Of a stretch of 64,000 bases of DNA, positions 1-13,700 are shown piece after piece. A model generated the notes under the pieces. That model made no database searches and was not told where the DNA came from. It saw only the letters and a program-made list of their open reading frames with translations. This DNA comes from Monocercomonoides exilis PA203 (lineage: Eukaryota; Protista; Preaxostyla), in the NCBI GenBank assembly GCA_001643675.2, contig LSRY02000011.1:186001-250000 (forward strand), given 5' to 3'. The translations under genes were made by a program, and so were the position numbers. The number at the start of each line of letters is the position of its first letter. The first letter of the stretch is position 1.

Positions 1-1
1 A

Positions 2-3000
2 ATCTGAATGGTTGTCTTTCAATAAGTTAATTTGAAGAGAAAGGAAGGCTGCAATAAAAGTGAATGAATGAGAAGCGGCAGCGTGTATAAAAGGAAGAGT
101 GATTGTTCCATGACTGTAGCTATCTTCAAATGCAGATGTGACTGTTGGTTGAGCAGAGAATGAGGTTGAAACATATGATGAAGACAAAATAAGCGAAGGA
201 ACAAGATAGCATGGCCAAGACAAAGATGGATTCTCAATAGCTCTGTTGAATTCAGAATCTTTTCTTGTTTTTGCAACTGTCTGTTGTGTTCGTATAAGAA
301 TTAATTTGCTCTGTTCATTGACTGAATTGTCCATTGTTTCAGATGGCAAAGCGCCACAAGCGTCACATATCGTTGAATCTTTTAGAATGGAATCTTCATT
401 GGAATTAGTTCGCAAATCAGTCTCAGATTGAGAAGCATCAACATCAATCACATCTTCAAATTCAAAATCGCTAGAAATCTTAAGCAGTGAATCCTTGTGA
501 ATTTTATTATTCTCTTCATTTCTCCTCTTCTTCTCCACAGAATCCTGAATCTCATTCCAAGTTAAGTAAGGTCCACATGGTGGTGCTTCATAACGATGCC
601 CCACATTTCCAGTGATTGAGTCCTGAAATCGTGCAGATGACGAAACAAACGTTCGGGGAAACGGAGAAATAGAAGAAGAGCATAACGAAATGATTGAAAG
701 AAGTCGTTGAATATCATCATGTGAAGTAATAACTGGAAATTGAGTATCGAAAGAGTAAACAGGATATTCATAGCTGTCTTTTTCATTGCTTAGTAATGAT
801 GATTTCAAGGGCATTTTGCAATTCGATGACTCTTCATCTGTATTCGCTTGCTCATTTGCTTCGTTAGTTTCATTGCTTGTATCAAATTTCTTACTCTGAA
901 CATTCTTTAGAGGTTTTTTATTTTTTGCCAATTGCTTATCATTCCCTATCTTCGTTTGTCTTCTTGAAATTGGCCTTTTGCTTTCTCTTTCTTTCTCATC
1001 ATATTCCATTTCGCATTGCTTCTTCCATTCGCAGCAGCATGGAAGGTGTAAAGATGCTGTTTTCTGTTTGAATGAATACAACCCACTTTCAACAAAGTAA
1101 TCTTGATTCAACGATTCAGATGTTTTTGTCTCTGATTCATCAATCTCTTCTTCATAGTCGCTCAGCGCATTATTGCAATCACTCAATTCGCTCGCATCTG
1201 CTTCCGTGCCCTCTCCATATCCTCCACTTCTACCTGCTCTAAAGCATCCATCGCCTTCTGTTGGCTTTTCCTTTACCATCCGCTTCCTCCACACACGAGA
1301 CAGTGCACGCTTCTTCCCATCCTTCATTTCAGTTGTGGCTGGAAGCTGAATTCCTGACTGCGCAACATACTCTGATGACAGTGCAGAAAGATACTCGTCG
1401 CCCAAAAGAGCTCTGGTGAACGATGATGAAACAGCCCGGGCAGCTTTGCAGATGCGCAAGGGAGTCGACGAAAGGGCAGTGAAAAACAAGAGGGGATCAA
1501 TCAGCGTTCGAGACAGCATTGGAAGAAAAGGAAATGGGCTACGATGAGAAAAGCTGTGCATAAGAGAGGTTGAAAGAGCTAAAAGAGGAGGAGGAAGTGG
1601 AGGCAACCGGAGAACATCTGTTATTTGGTTTAAACTTGCTTGTGACGAAATTTCATTGGAGGTTGGTAAAGAATCAGAGGACAAATGCGAAGGAAAATGA
1701 GTCGATGAAGCAGAGGTGAGCTTGGGAAATGCTCCAAAAGGCAGGAAAGCAGGTGGCATCAGGCGATATGCTTCTTTTGACTCTATCTTTGATTGATTCT
1801 CAGATATCGGATCAATCGATGCACCAGACAAATTTGTGGAAGATGAGGCAGAGCTTGAAGAAGCTGATGATCCATTTTGATTTTCCAGCATCTGAAGCTG
1901 TAATCTCTGTTTGTTCAAAGAATAATGATGCAAATATAGATCGTACTGGTATTGAACATCAGATGGCACACGAAGAGGAGTTGATGGAAGTGGAAGAGCA
2001 CGAGGAATGAAGGGGAAGATAAGCAACATCAGAGTTGACGACTTCGAAGGCACCAAAGCGCAAAGAGGACACCTCACCATTTCAGTAAGAATTGAGAAAC
2101 GTTCAGATGAAGATGCCTCTGATGAATGAAGAGTGGATAAGCAAGCAGAAGAATTCGAGGAATATGAATGAGAAGAAAGGGATGAAGACGAAGCACTTTC
2201 CAATGCAAAAAGAGGCAAAGGAATTGAACAGACAGATTTGTGAAGAGATTGAACACGCTTGGCAAACGATGTTGGAGTGTAGAGAAGTTTATGATGAGGG
2301 CAACAAAATTGAGAATCTTCGCAAAATATTTGTAGAGCGTTCCAAACTGCATTCCACAATTTCTTTGACATTGGTGTTCGTAATTCTTTCGTTTCATGCG
2401 TTTCATTTTCATGATCACCTTCTTTTTCTTCCTTTGAATCTTCACTCCGTTTGATCTCATCTAATTTAAATAGAATGACATGAGCCAAATGGAATCCAGA
2501 ATCGCTCACATCTCCGCTTCCAAACAATGTCAGATTAACTAACATCGCACCAATCGAATTTGACAAATCAAAATAGTTTGTGGTTGATGAGTCATCGCTG
2601 CAATCATTATCGGCTGAAGATGCTGAAGATGCAAAGCTTCCTGTTGATCCGTTGCATTCGTCACTCAACTTGCAGAATAAGTCGAGCTTGACAAAAAGGA
2701 TATCGGAAATAGCTTTGATCACATTTGATAGTGTCTCCTCCCATTGCTTATATTGTGTGTCTGCGTCTGTGTTTTGCAGAAGTGTTTGAGTGAAAGCACG
2801 TGCAGGAGAAGGAGGCAATTGAGTCGTCAAAGAAGAGACGAGAATCTTTGACAGCGGAGTCGAAGTGGATGATTGTTCAACTGAGGCACCGGCAGATCCA
2901 ACATAATCATTACCTTTCTCAGTTCTGTATGTGAGTGCATCAACAGCCTCCACAGCATCAAACACAATCTCAAACAGAATAATACGAGTGAGTCTAATCA

Positions 3001-6000
3001 GCTTCTCCACAAGGCCATATGCAAAAATAGCGCAATTTCCATCACCTTTTGGTTGAGAAGTTAGGAAAGTGGAGATGGTCAGAAGAGCCGATGTTCTATG
3101 CTCGATTCTTGGAGAGATAAGAAGTTGCAAAAAGGAATGAAAAGCATAATGAGCCACAACTGTGTATGTGCAACTGTTTAGCGAAGAACGCATTTGAGAA
3201 GGGAAAATTGAACCTTCACAATCAGAATTAGACAGAGCAAAAGAGTTCGAAGATAAAGATGATGAAGATGATGAAGATGAAGTTAAGCTCAACTGTTCTT
3301 CTCCACATTTTCTTTCTTCATTGCAATTGCATCCAATTTCAATGTTGTTCTCTTCCTTCATTTTCCGAACGAGAGAGTCTGCAACCATCCAAAGCATATC
3401 AATCGCAGCGAGAGTCAAAGACAACGAAAATCCACCCACAACAAAAGCAGAAAGCGCATTGAACAGTTTGAGCATCAGTATCGAAGAGAACGAATTGCTT
3501 AGTCCAAATGAGGATGATGAAGAGGATTGTGTTGGCTGCTCTTCGCACGAATCACTCACATCTGATGAAGAAGAGACTGCATTTTCTGTTGTCAATGGAA
3601 GCGAGTGGACAATTGAATGCAGAACATTAAGTGCTTTCCAAAGAACTAAATTTGACGGAGCCACTGGACTTTGTGAAAGCAGAGGATGTGCGCCTGATTC
3701 AGTTGTGAGGAATCTTCCATCTGTGGTTGGAGATGCCAAAGGAGATCTAAGCAAATTGGAAGGATTGGATGATTGTGCAGATGATGTTGAAGCAGCTTCA
3801 AGAGACTTAAACGTAAGTATTGATGAAGAGTATTTACCGCAATCTGGTGACAAAGGAATTTGATGTGATTCGTAATTCTGTGAAGGCAAATTCACATCTG
3901 AATCCTGCCTCAAAAGTGTTGGAGAAGCATAAGAAGAAGTTGGTGTAGATACTTCAAATGAGACCATTGATGAATTTGCACCAGAAGCCGACGATGATGT
4001 CGACGGTGAATACGCAGTTGCTGCAGCATCTTGAGCATCAAAGCAGCCATTCGAAAATGGATTGCAATCACAAATTTGTGCAATAGACGAAAGATCATTT
4101 TTCATATTGGGAAAATTATTGCAGATTTTGTGTGCCTCCTCAAACATTCCCAAACCCCATCCGCTGCTCTCTCCAAGCTGCTGCATCTGTTTGAAAGATT
4201 TACTATGATCTTTGATGTATCTGGAAATTTGATCTAAAAATCTTCCTTTTTCATTAATTTGCTCCTCTTGCACTTTTTTGTCTTCTTTTTCTTTTTCTTT
4301 TTCTTCTGATCCATCTGATTCATTGCATGGCATTTCATAAGATGAATCTCTGATTGGATCAGAGAACTCCACAACAGCAGGCATCTGCTTCACTTGTGTG
4401 ACATCAGCAACACTCGCAATAATCACACTGATTTCTTCTTCATTCAGCAATCCACCCCACACGTCAATAATGTGATGCAGCTGAACGCACACTGCTTCTC
4501 GCACATCGTCATGCGGATTGTGTTTCAATTGCATGTGGAGAAAAGATAGCAATGTTAGAATATGCGAATGAGTTGCTGTTGCTGCTTTAAATGATTTATT
4601 GCTGGTAAACCTATTCATTGATTCATTTTCTTCACTTTTGATCTCTTCCTCAACTTCTTTTAATTGTTGTTCATCTTCATTCATTGATTCCTGATTCTCA
4701 ACTGCAAAAATCAAATGCGATGACAATAGCATTCCAATCGCCTCTATTGATAGAAGGCGAATAAGAGAAAGAGAAGAAAGAGAAAGGCATCTCAGGAAAG
4801 ACAAAAGAGGTGCTTCGAAAAGACTGAAGCGGAAAATGTTGAATCTCACCACGTCCAACAAACGGCACAAAGGAAGTGTGAAAAAGGGAGCCACGTGTGA
4901 ATGGCTGGAGACAATACGTGAGATAAACAAAGAAAACTTGTGAGAATTCTCCATTTCATTTTGCTCCTCTGAATTTTGTGTATCATTCATTGCATTTTCT
5001 TCTTCTTCAATCAAACTCTTTTCATGTGCAGTTTCATCTGCCTCTTTCTTTGAGGCATCATCCTTTTTATCCAATTTATCAAGAACATCAATATGGTTGA
5101 ACTCTTCCTGATATGTTGTGAGAAGCATTACTCTACCTGTCTCTGGGTTAATTGCAGCATTAAGAGGAATATTCGCTTTTGGAGTTGATTTCATCAAGGC
5201 AGCATCAAAATGAAGATCGATTAGATCATTTTTCCTCGAAAAATCTTGTGAAGAATCAGAAAAAGAACTTTTACGAGCATTGAAATAACTGTCATCTCGT
5301 TTTTCATTAATGTTATGGCTGAAGTGTCTATGACGATGGCGATGAGAAGAGCGATGACTGGTGATGCGATCATCAGCAGAATCCCTTCTGTCAACAGAAA
5401 ATGAAGAAGAAACAGGAAGAAGTGGAGCAAAATCGATTGATGGAAGCTGCGGAGGAGAAGACAAAACATCCACTGAAGCACCTGCTGACTTCATTGCTTC
5501 AGACACAAAAGGCGTCCTGTAAATTGTTGGCTGCTCATATTGCGAAGAAAACGGATTTGCAAACAGAGATTGTGATTGATCTTGAGATTGTGATTGAGCA
5601 GGTGTATTTAGCAAGTATTCCCCGTTTCCTGTCTGATTTGTGTTTGCTTTAGAGTTATTGTTACTAGTTCCTTTATTGTTGAGAATGAATGCTTCAGCAG
5701 TTGAATCTCTGCTGTTTGTTCTTGAATGAGCCATTGTTTCGTTCTTGTCTGTTAGCAAGCTTCCATATGACGGTAAAGATCCATTCCTATTGCTCTCATC
5801 CATTTCATTTGAATCGACATCTCCTTTTTGATTCAAGCTCGTTAAATTGCTTTGACTGTCGTTGATTGTTTCGAATCCGTCAACGTTGCTATCTTCACTT
5901 GTACTTTCATCTTCCTCCGCTTCTTCTCCCTCTTCCTCATCTTCGCGGTGCTCTTCCACTTTCTCTTCTGCTTCCATCTTTTCCATCTCTCTCATCAGAT

Positions 6001-9000
6001 CTGCCACATCTTCTTCGCCTTCCATCGACAAGTCATCGTGGTACATGTCACACACATTATGCATGTCAAATGCATAAGAATGCTGCGAATCCTCAGAAAC
6101 TGGATCATCTTCATAAAAATCGCTGTCTCTTGAGCTTTCTTCATCGTAGTCATCTTCCCTTTCTTCAGAGCAGCTGCTTCCTTCTGAATAAGAATACGAA
6201 GATTCTGTTTCTGTGAAACTGGATTCGTTGCTTCTGCCTTCTTCATCCGAAAAGCTAACAGACGAAACAACAGAGGCAGTTGGCGAATAGTAAGAAGCAT
6301 CTGTTCTGTAGTTGTTATCTTCTGATTCATCAAAACTATCACAAAATGACGCTGATGCAGTCATAGTGGAAGAATATTGCTGAAGTGGTGATTGCATGAC
6401 AGAAGAGGATGGTTGCTCATCAGAAGTCTGGATGCCTTCTTTTTTCGATTGAGGAGAACTCAGGTCATTAAATGCAAATGTTGAGAGCGGAGAAGAAGCT
6501 GTACGTAAATGCTGTGGAATCGTCTGCTTTTGATATAGACGTTTTGGTAAATCCAATTCCAGAAGAGGCGAAGAGGAAGAAGAGCGAACATTCGCAGATT
6601 GCACATTTGTGTGATACAATTTCTGCAGAAGATGCGGCGAAGTTGCTGTTTCAGCCTCTTCTGTTGATGAAGAAGAAGATGACGATGAGAATAAATCTGC
6701 AGAAGACGAATAACACGAAGAAGGCGAGTTGGCTTCAGTTGCCAATGGAATGCTCTCTTTCCTCGTTTCATCGCTCTGGCTCATCGCTTGATCTGAGTTT
6801 GTTTGGCACAAACTCTGCAGCTCTTCAGATTCATTCGTCATTCTTCGATTTCCTTTGCTTTTGACTCTGTTTTTGTGCTTTTCATGTTCTCTTCTTTTGC
6901 GCATTGTGTGTCTCGACGCAATTCGATGCAAATTGGGCTTTGTGGAGTGTCTTTGGAGAGCAATAGCATATCCAGCTGCCTCTTCTTCCCCTGAAAAACT
7001 GGCATCTTGCATCAAAAATGGATCAATTTCTGAGAATTGCCTCGCTTTCTTCAGAAGCACCGAGCGAGTTTGCATCGATCGGCTGCTCAGCCACCAAGGA
7101 CGAACAGCTGCCTTTCCAAAAATTGAGGCTGAAGTGAACTTTTCATCTGTTTCATTTGAGTCAACTTTGTGGGAAGAGAAATGCGAAGAAAGAGGAGCCG
7201 AACTTGGAAGAGGATATTCTTGATTTGAAAGTGAAGCATTCTGATTGTGAATCATTGTCATTGTATTGCTTGCTATTTTTCTGATTCTTCCTTTCGTCTT
7301 CTGCTCTCCCTCCATCTCTGATCCTCTTCTTTTTTGCGTCTTCTTCTTTCTCCCTCCAACAATCCTAACATTTAAGCGATTCTCCACAAACACACAGTTC
7401 TTTGCAACTTCTCTGTTTCCTAAGCAAAATGGGCATTTGTCAACATTGTGGATGCTGCGAGAGAAGTAAGGCTTGTGATATGTTATCTTGTCTTGTTTTC
7501 TGATCTCTTCCCGCGGACGAAACGGAGAATAAAGCGAGGGGTACAAAAGAGGTCTGTCAACTGAGCCAACATCAGTCAGGCCAATCAACAAAGCCTTGTT
7601 GTTCACTCTTTTTTCTCCTTCCTGTGAATTCTGCTTTGGCATTTCTTCATTTCCAGCTGATGGCATTTGCACACTGCTTGAACAAGAAGAAGAGGTGATT
7701 GTGTTTGAATTCACAGCAGACAGCTTCTGAGTGAGAGAATGCTGCAAGTGATACTTCGGCCATCGCTGATACACTTTGTGCCAAGTCATCATGCATTTGT
7801 TGCTCTGTTTCGCATACTCTTGTTTTTCCTCATTGATCGAATTTCTCTTTTCCGCTCTCATTTTGTATCTGTCAGCGGAAGGGGAATTGTTGAACACGTC
7901 GTAATGATTAGCCTCTCCCCTCCCTTCGTCTTCGCACTCATAACTCCAGCTGAGCTCTTCCATCATCATCTGCATCAGCACCTCTGCCACACGCAACGCC
8001 TCAGACTCCTTCAAAAAGGCTGTATTGGCAAAGAACTTGTCTGTCAGCTTGAAGACAAGATCAGCTGTGTCTGTTGAAGACTTTGAGAGAGATGAATAGT
8101 AATTGGTGCGGATGGCAGAGAAGGAAGGAGAAGAAGAGAAAGATGCTGCTGATGATGATTGTATGTTAAGAGAAAGAGCATAAGATCTGTTTAGAGCAAT
8201 AACTACACAAGCAATGCTGTGCCATCTGTCCTTCAAGAAAGGAGCATCGATCAGAGTGGAGTGGAGAAGAGAGAGAGAGAAATAGGAGAGCCTGTCATCC
8301 CAAATGCTTCTGTTCAGAGGAAGAGACAGAAGAGGATGAGGAAGAAGAGATTGGAGGGATGTTGTTGTTGTAGCTGTTTGTTGATCAGTGGATGAAGGTG
8401 TTGATGGAGTGGGTGGACGAGATGGGCGGATGGAAGGAGAGTTGACAAACTGAACAGAAGATGAAGATGAAGAGGATGAGGAGGAGGAAGTAGATGATGA
8501 AGATGTTGTTGATGATGATAGAGAAGAAGGTGTTGATGAAGTAACCAAAGAAGGAAGCAACAAAAGAGAAGGTGTTTTGTGCAGAGTGAGTGTTGATATG
8601 GCAGTTGCAGAGACATTTTTCAGAGAGGACGAAGGATCATTTGAAGAAGCAGACACTTTTGGAGAAGGAAGAGCTGCTGAAACATCATCAACACTTCGGC
8701 CACTCGCAATGCTGTTGCTTCTGATGACTCCTCTTTCAATTTCCTCTTCGCTTTCTTCGCTTTCTTCTTCGGCAGATGAATTAAGTGGCAAAGGAATGGA
8801 AAGCGAGGCAAGTGATGTTGTTGATGATGTGTTATTATCTTTGGATTCATCTTCTTTTTGAATCTTCTCTTTCTCCTTTTCTTTTTCCTTTTCTTTCTCT
8901 TTCTCTTTCTCTTTCTCTTTCTCTTTCTCTTTCTCTTTCTCTTTCTCTTTCTCTTTCTCTTTCTCTTTCTTGCTCTGTTTCTCTTCCTTCTCTTTTGCTT

Positions 9001-10685
9001 TCTCTTTTTCCTTCTCCTTCTTTTTATCTCCTTCATTTCCTGTCTCACTATTCTTCCTTCCACTCCCTTCCTTTTCTCCTTCTCCTTCTCCTTCTCCTCC
9101 TCCTCCTCCTCCTCTTTCCTTCAGCATATCCCTCACAATCTGCATCGTCACCCCCATCAACCCATTCACTGCCTCCTCCTTCACCCTCTCCTGCTGCAGA
9201 ATAGTTGCCAGGTGAATCAGCCTTCTGAAGGCGATGGCTGAATAATGCGACAGCTGCTGAGGAAAGCGAAGGCCCCTCTCGTTTGGCACACACAGCACAG
9301 GCAGCACCCTCTTGTTCAGCTGAGTGCGGCCAACAGGAGTGAGGGGGATGAGCGGCATCTTCTCAAAGAACACGGATGGAGAGGGAGAAGTATACGAAGA
9401 GGAGGAAGAGGAAGAGGAAGAAGAAGAAGAAGAAGATAACATCATTTGTGTGTTTCGTGAGGGTGTTGGAGTGCTGTTTTCGAAGCGGATAACACGTGAA
9501 AGAGCACCATGTTGAGAAGCAGCAGTCGAAAGAGAATAAGAAGGAAGAAAAGGAGAAGTCGAAGAAGAAGAAGAGGAAGAAGGTGATGAAGAAGAGGAAG
9601 AAAGAGAAGGAGATGTTATTTTTGGAAGGATTGCATTATGATGAGGAGAAGTAGCAGAAGCAAATGTTGTTGTTCTGCCGACTTTTGCAAAAGGAAGAGT
9701 GGATGTGCTGAAGACACGAGTGGGAGTGGCAAAGAAGTCAACAGAAGACGAAGAAGAAGAAGAAGAAGATGATGATGATGATGATGATGATGATGAAGGA
9801 GAAGATGATGGATTTAATATCAATGTTGAGGAATATGAATCATTCGCACCTGAACTTCTGTGTGAAACAAGAGGAGTTGCTATGATTGTTGAAGAGGAAG
9901 AGGAAGAAGAAAGAAAAGAAGAAGAAGAGGAGGAAGAAGAAGAAGAAGGTGATTGAGTATCCAAAGGCACAAAATAAGAAGAATTTCCTGAAGATTCCAT
10001 CATCTGCAGTGTGTCTGCATTTCCCTCTGAATTTGCTGCTCGCAAAGAAGACGCGAATTCTGAGCGTTTCAAAGAGCGACTGGGAAGAAAACCTTTTTGT
10101 TTGGGAACATCTGAAGAAGAAGAAGAAGATGATGATGATGAAGAGGAATAAGATAAAGAAGATGAAGGAGAAGGAGAGGAGGAGGAAGAAGAAGAAATAG
10201 AAAGTCTTCGTGATGGGAGTGTTTGTGCTGATGAGAAGAGAGATGAATTTGATTGAGTGAAAGGAGAAGAAGAGGAAGAAGAAGAATTTGTGTTTGAGAA
10301 GAGATCAGAATCAGAAGAAAGAATGTTTTGATCAGAGGAGGAAGAGGAGGAAGAAGAAGAAGATAAAGAAGAAGAATGAGTTGTTGATGAAATCTTTCCA
10401 TTTGATTGTTTTGATGAGCTTCTCACTTCGAAAGAGCTGCCAGATGATAAAGAAGGAGAGAAAGAAGGAGCAAAAACAGATGAAGAAGAGGAAGATGATA
10501 AAGATGGATTAGATGAAGAAGAAGAAGAAGTGAAAGTTGAAGAAGAAAGTTTATGTGACACAGGAGATGTGGCTGTAGACTTTCTGCGGGTGAATGAAAG
10601 AGAGGAAAGAGTGCGACTGGGAGTGAGGGTGAACGAAGAAGAGGAAGAGGAAGAAGAGGAAGAAGAGGAAGAAGAAGAAGAAGAA

Positions 10686-10718
<33 letters not shown>

Positions 10719-13700
10719 ATTGTTGAATGATTATTCAATTTTTCAGGTAATTTAGTGACGAAATAAGGGAAAGGAAGGGTTTTAGCAGAGTAAGCAAAGA
10801 GAAGAAGAGTGGAAATGATTTGGTTGGAAGAAAGACGAAGCAAAGAAGAGGCAACAGAAAGAAGAAGAGAAGGAGGAAGAGGAAGGAAAGAGAAGGAGAA
10901 ATAAGAAGAGGAAAGAGAAGAAGCAGCTGGGGAGAAAGAAGAGGAGACTGTATAAACAGAGCTTGAGGAAGATGAAGAAGCCAAAGAAGAGCCAAGAGAA
11001 TGCTGAAGAGAAGAAAGAATGGCGTTTTGGGGGATGCGAGGGGAATTCATAGGAAGCTTGTCTAATTTCATGTGTTTGATGCTGATGGTGTCTTTTTGGT
11101 TGGATTTGTGTGTGTTTGAGGAAGAAGAGAGGAAAGACAGCTTTTTGCTGCGAATTGTGGGGAGAGGGCTGGGTGGTTGCGTAACTGATTCATTGGATGA
11201 AGAAGAAGAAGAAGAAGAAGAATTTGATAGAGGCAGAATATCATTCTTTTTGGCATGTGCCACTTCTCCCCATATTTTGGAGAGCTCTTCAGGTGTTGCC
11301 TCACAATACTCTGTGTTTCTGCTGATAAGCTCATTCTTCTGCTTCTTCAGCCAACGAAGACGAGAGAAGGGGATGTTGATGAGAAGACAGGAGGAAGAGT
11401 AGGAGGAAGAAGGAAGAGGAAGAGGAGAAGAGAAAGAAGATGGTGATGATATTGCCAACGGAGAATCTTGTGTTTGCGTTCTTTTGCGAAGAGGAGAATG
11501 AAAAGGAGAAGAAAGCATTCGAGTTGGAGAGATAAGAACACGAAAAGAAGAGAAAGGAGAGGAAGAAGGAGAAGGAGGAGGAGGAGGAGGAGGAGGAGGA
11601 GGAGGAGAAGAAGAAGAAGAAGAAGAAGAAGAAGAAGAAGAAGAAGATGATGATGATGATGATGATGATGATGAAAGAAGAGATGTATTTGGACGAAAAG
11701 GAGAAGATTTTGGTGAAGGCAAACGAGAATTCTGTTGATAAGAAGAAGAGGAGGAGGAAGAAGCATTCGTTTTGACAGGAGAAGGAGAATAAGAAGATAA
11801 TCTGACTACAAATGAGGAAGAGTTGAGAGGAGAAGAAGGGGCAATGAATGGAGTTATGTTGTGAATCGTCTTCGAAGGTGATATCAACATCGTCTTTTTT
11901 GGCGAAAGAGAAGAAATCGTTTCGTTCTGCTTTCGAAGAAAGAGGAAAGGAGATGTTTGATTCAGATGCGATATAACAGGCTTTGCTGATTGTGGTGAAT
12001 GGAAAGATGAACTTTCATTGGATTTTGCAGAAGTTGATTGTTCTGTTGATGTTCTTTGTGGAGTTGCAATGTTTTCTGTTTGTTTCTTTTGCTCTTCTTT
12101 TTTCATGTCTTTCTCTTCATATGTGTTTGATGTAATTTCAGATGATTCACTTTCAGATGAGACAATACTCAACTTGGATGCCTTTGGAGTAGAAGAATCT
12201 TCATTTTTATTTTTGCTCTCTTTATTTCCTCCTTCTTCTTCTTCTTTCTCTTTCTCTTCTTCTTTCTCTTCCTCCTCTTCCATTCTTTCTCTCTCTGCCT
12301 CCCTCACAATCTCCTCCATCAGCATCAATGCCACTCTCCTCTTTTCTCTTCCTATCCCTCTTCGAGTGATTTGTGAGAGGGAACAGAGAAGAATAGCTGG
12401 GACAGCCAGAGCAACAGAAAGCGTGGCTGAGAGAAGAGAGAGGGTGGAATTGATTGGAATATCAGATGCATTCTGAGAGAGAGAGAAGGAAGAGGAAGAA
12501 GAAGAGGAGGAGGAAGATGATGATGATAAAGGAAGAGAAGGAGAAGAGAGCATAAATACAGAGGATGAGGTGTATGGTGAATGATGAGAAGAAGAAGAAG
12601 ATGATGATGATGAATCAGAAGTTGAAGCAAGCAGCTGATCGTTGATGATGTTCCAAACAGCATCCACGTTGATGATATGCAATGAAAGATCTTCCAATTG
12701 TATTTCTGGCAATGACGATGAATAAGAGGAAGAGAAAGAAGAAGAAGAAGAAGAAGAAAGTGTGTCATTCAATTGTTTGTTGTCGAATGATGTTTCAGAC
12801 GATGCAAGTTTTGAGTGCTGAATGATTGCTGTTTTGTTTGAGTTGCCTTCTTCTTTGTTGTTATTTGTCTGTTTCATTCTCTTTCCTTTCTCTTTTTCTT
12901 CTTCTTCTTCTGTCTGTTGTGTCAGAGGATGAGGAATTAACAATGTTCCTTGGTGATCTTTATACCGATCACAAGCAATATCATCTTTCTTAACATCTTC
13001 TTTATTCTTTCTTTCATACAAGTATATTTTCTTTTCTCCTTCCTTCTTCTCCTCTTCCTTCTTCTCCTCTTCCTTCTTCTCCTCTTCCTCTCCTCTCTCA
13101 GAATATCTCTGGAAGTGAATGTGTTCGTGGTAGCTGTCGTTGTGTGTCTTCTGCTCTGTTGTGTTTGATGGCTCAGCCAAAGGAGACAGAAGAAGAGCAA
13201 GAAAAGTGGCACACTCAACTTCATTGATATCTGGAAAGAGGGAAGAGAATGTCAGAGAAGGAGAAGGAGAAGGGGAGAACGGAGAAAAGGGGGAAGGAGA
13301 GGGGGAGGATGAAGGAGAAGATGAAGGAGAATGAGAGGAAGACTTGAAAGAAGAAGGGAAAGAAGAGACATTTTGTGAGTATTTGACTTGGTTTGTATTC
13401 TGATTGCTGTGAAGAGGCTGTTTGTTAAGCAGAGAAGAAGAGAAAGAGGCAAAAGAAGGAATGATTTGTGTGTTGTTGAGAAAGGGAAGAGGAGAAGAAG
13501 AAGTTGACAGCTGCTGAAGAAGATGTGAGGCAACAGAGAGAAGTTCAGAGAAGACAGAAGGCGAAAGCGTGTTGGACGACTTCTGAGAAAGAAGAGAAGA
13601 GAAGGAATGAGGTTTCATTGGATGAGAAGATTGATAAGATTGAGAAGGTTGATAAGGCTTTTGTTCGTTTTGTTCAAAAGGAGAAGAGGAAGAAGAAGAA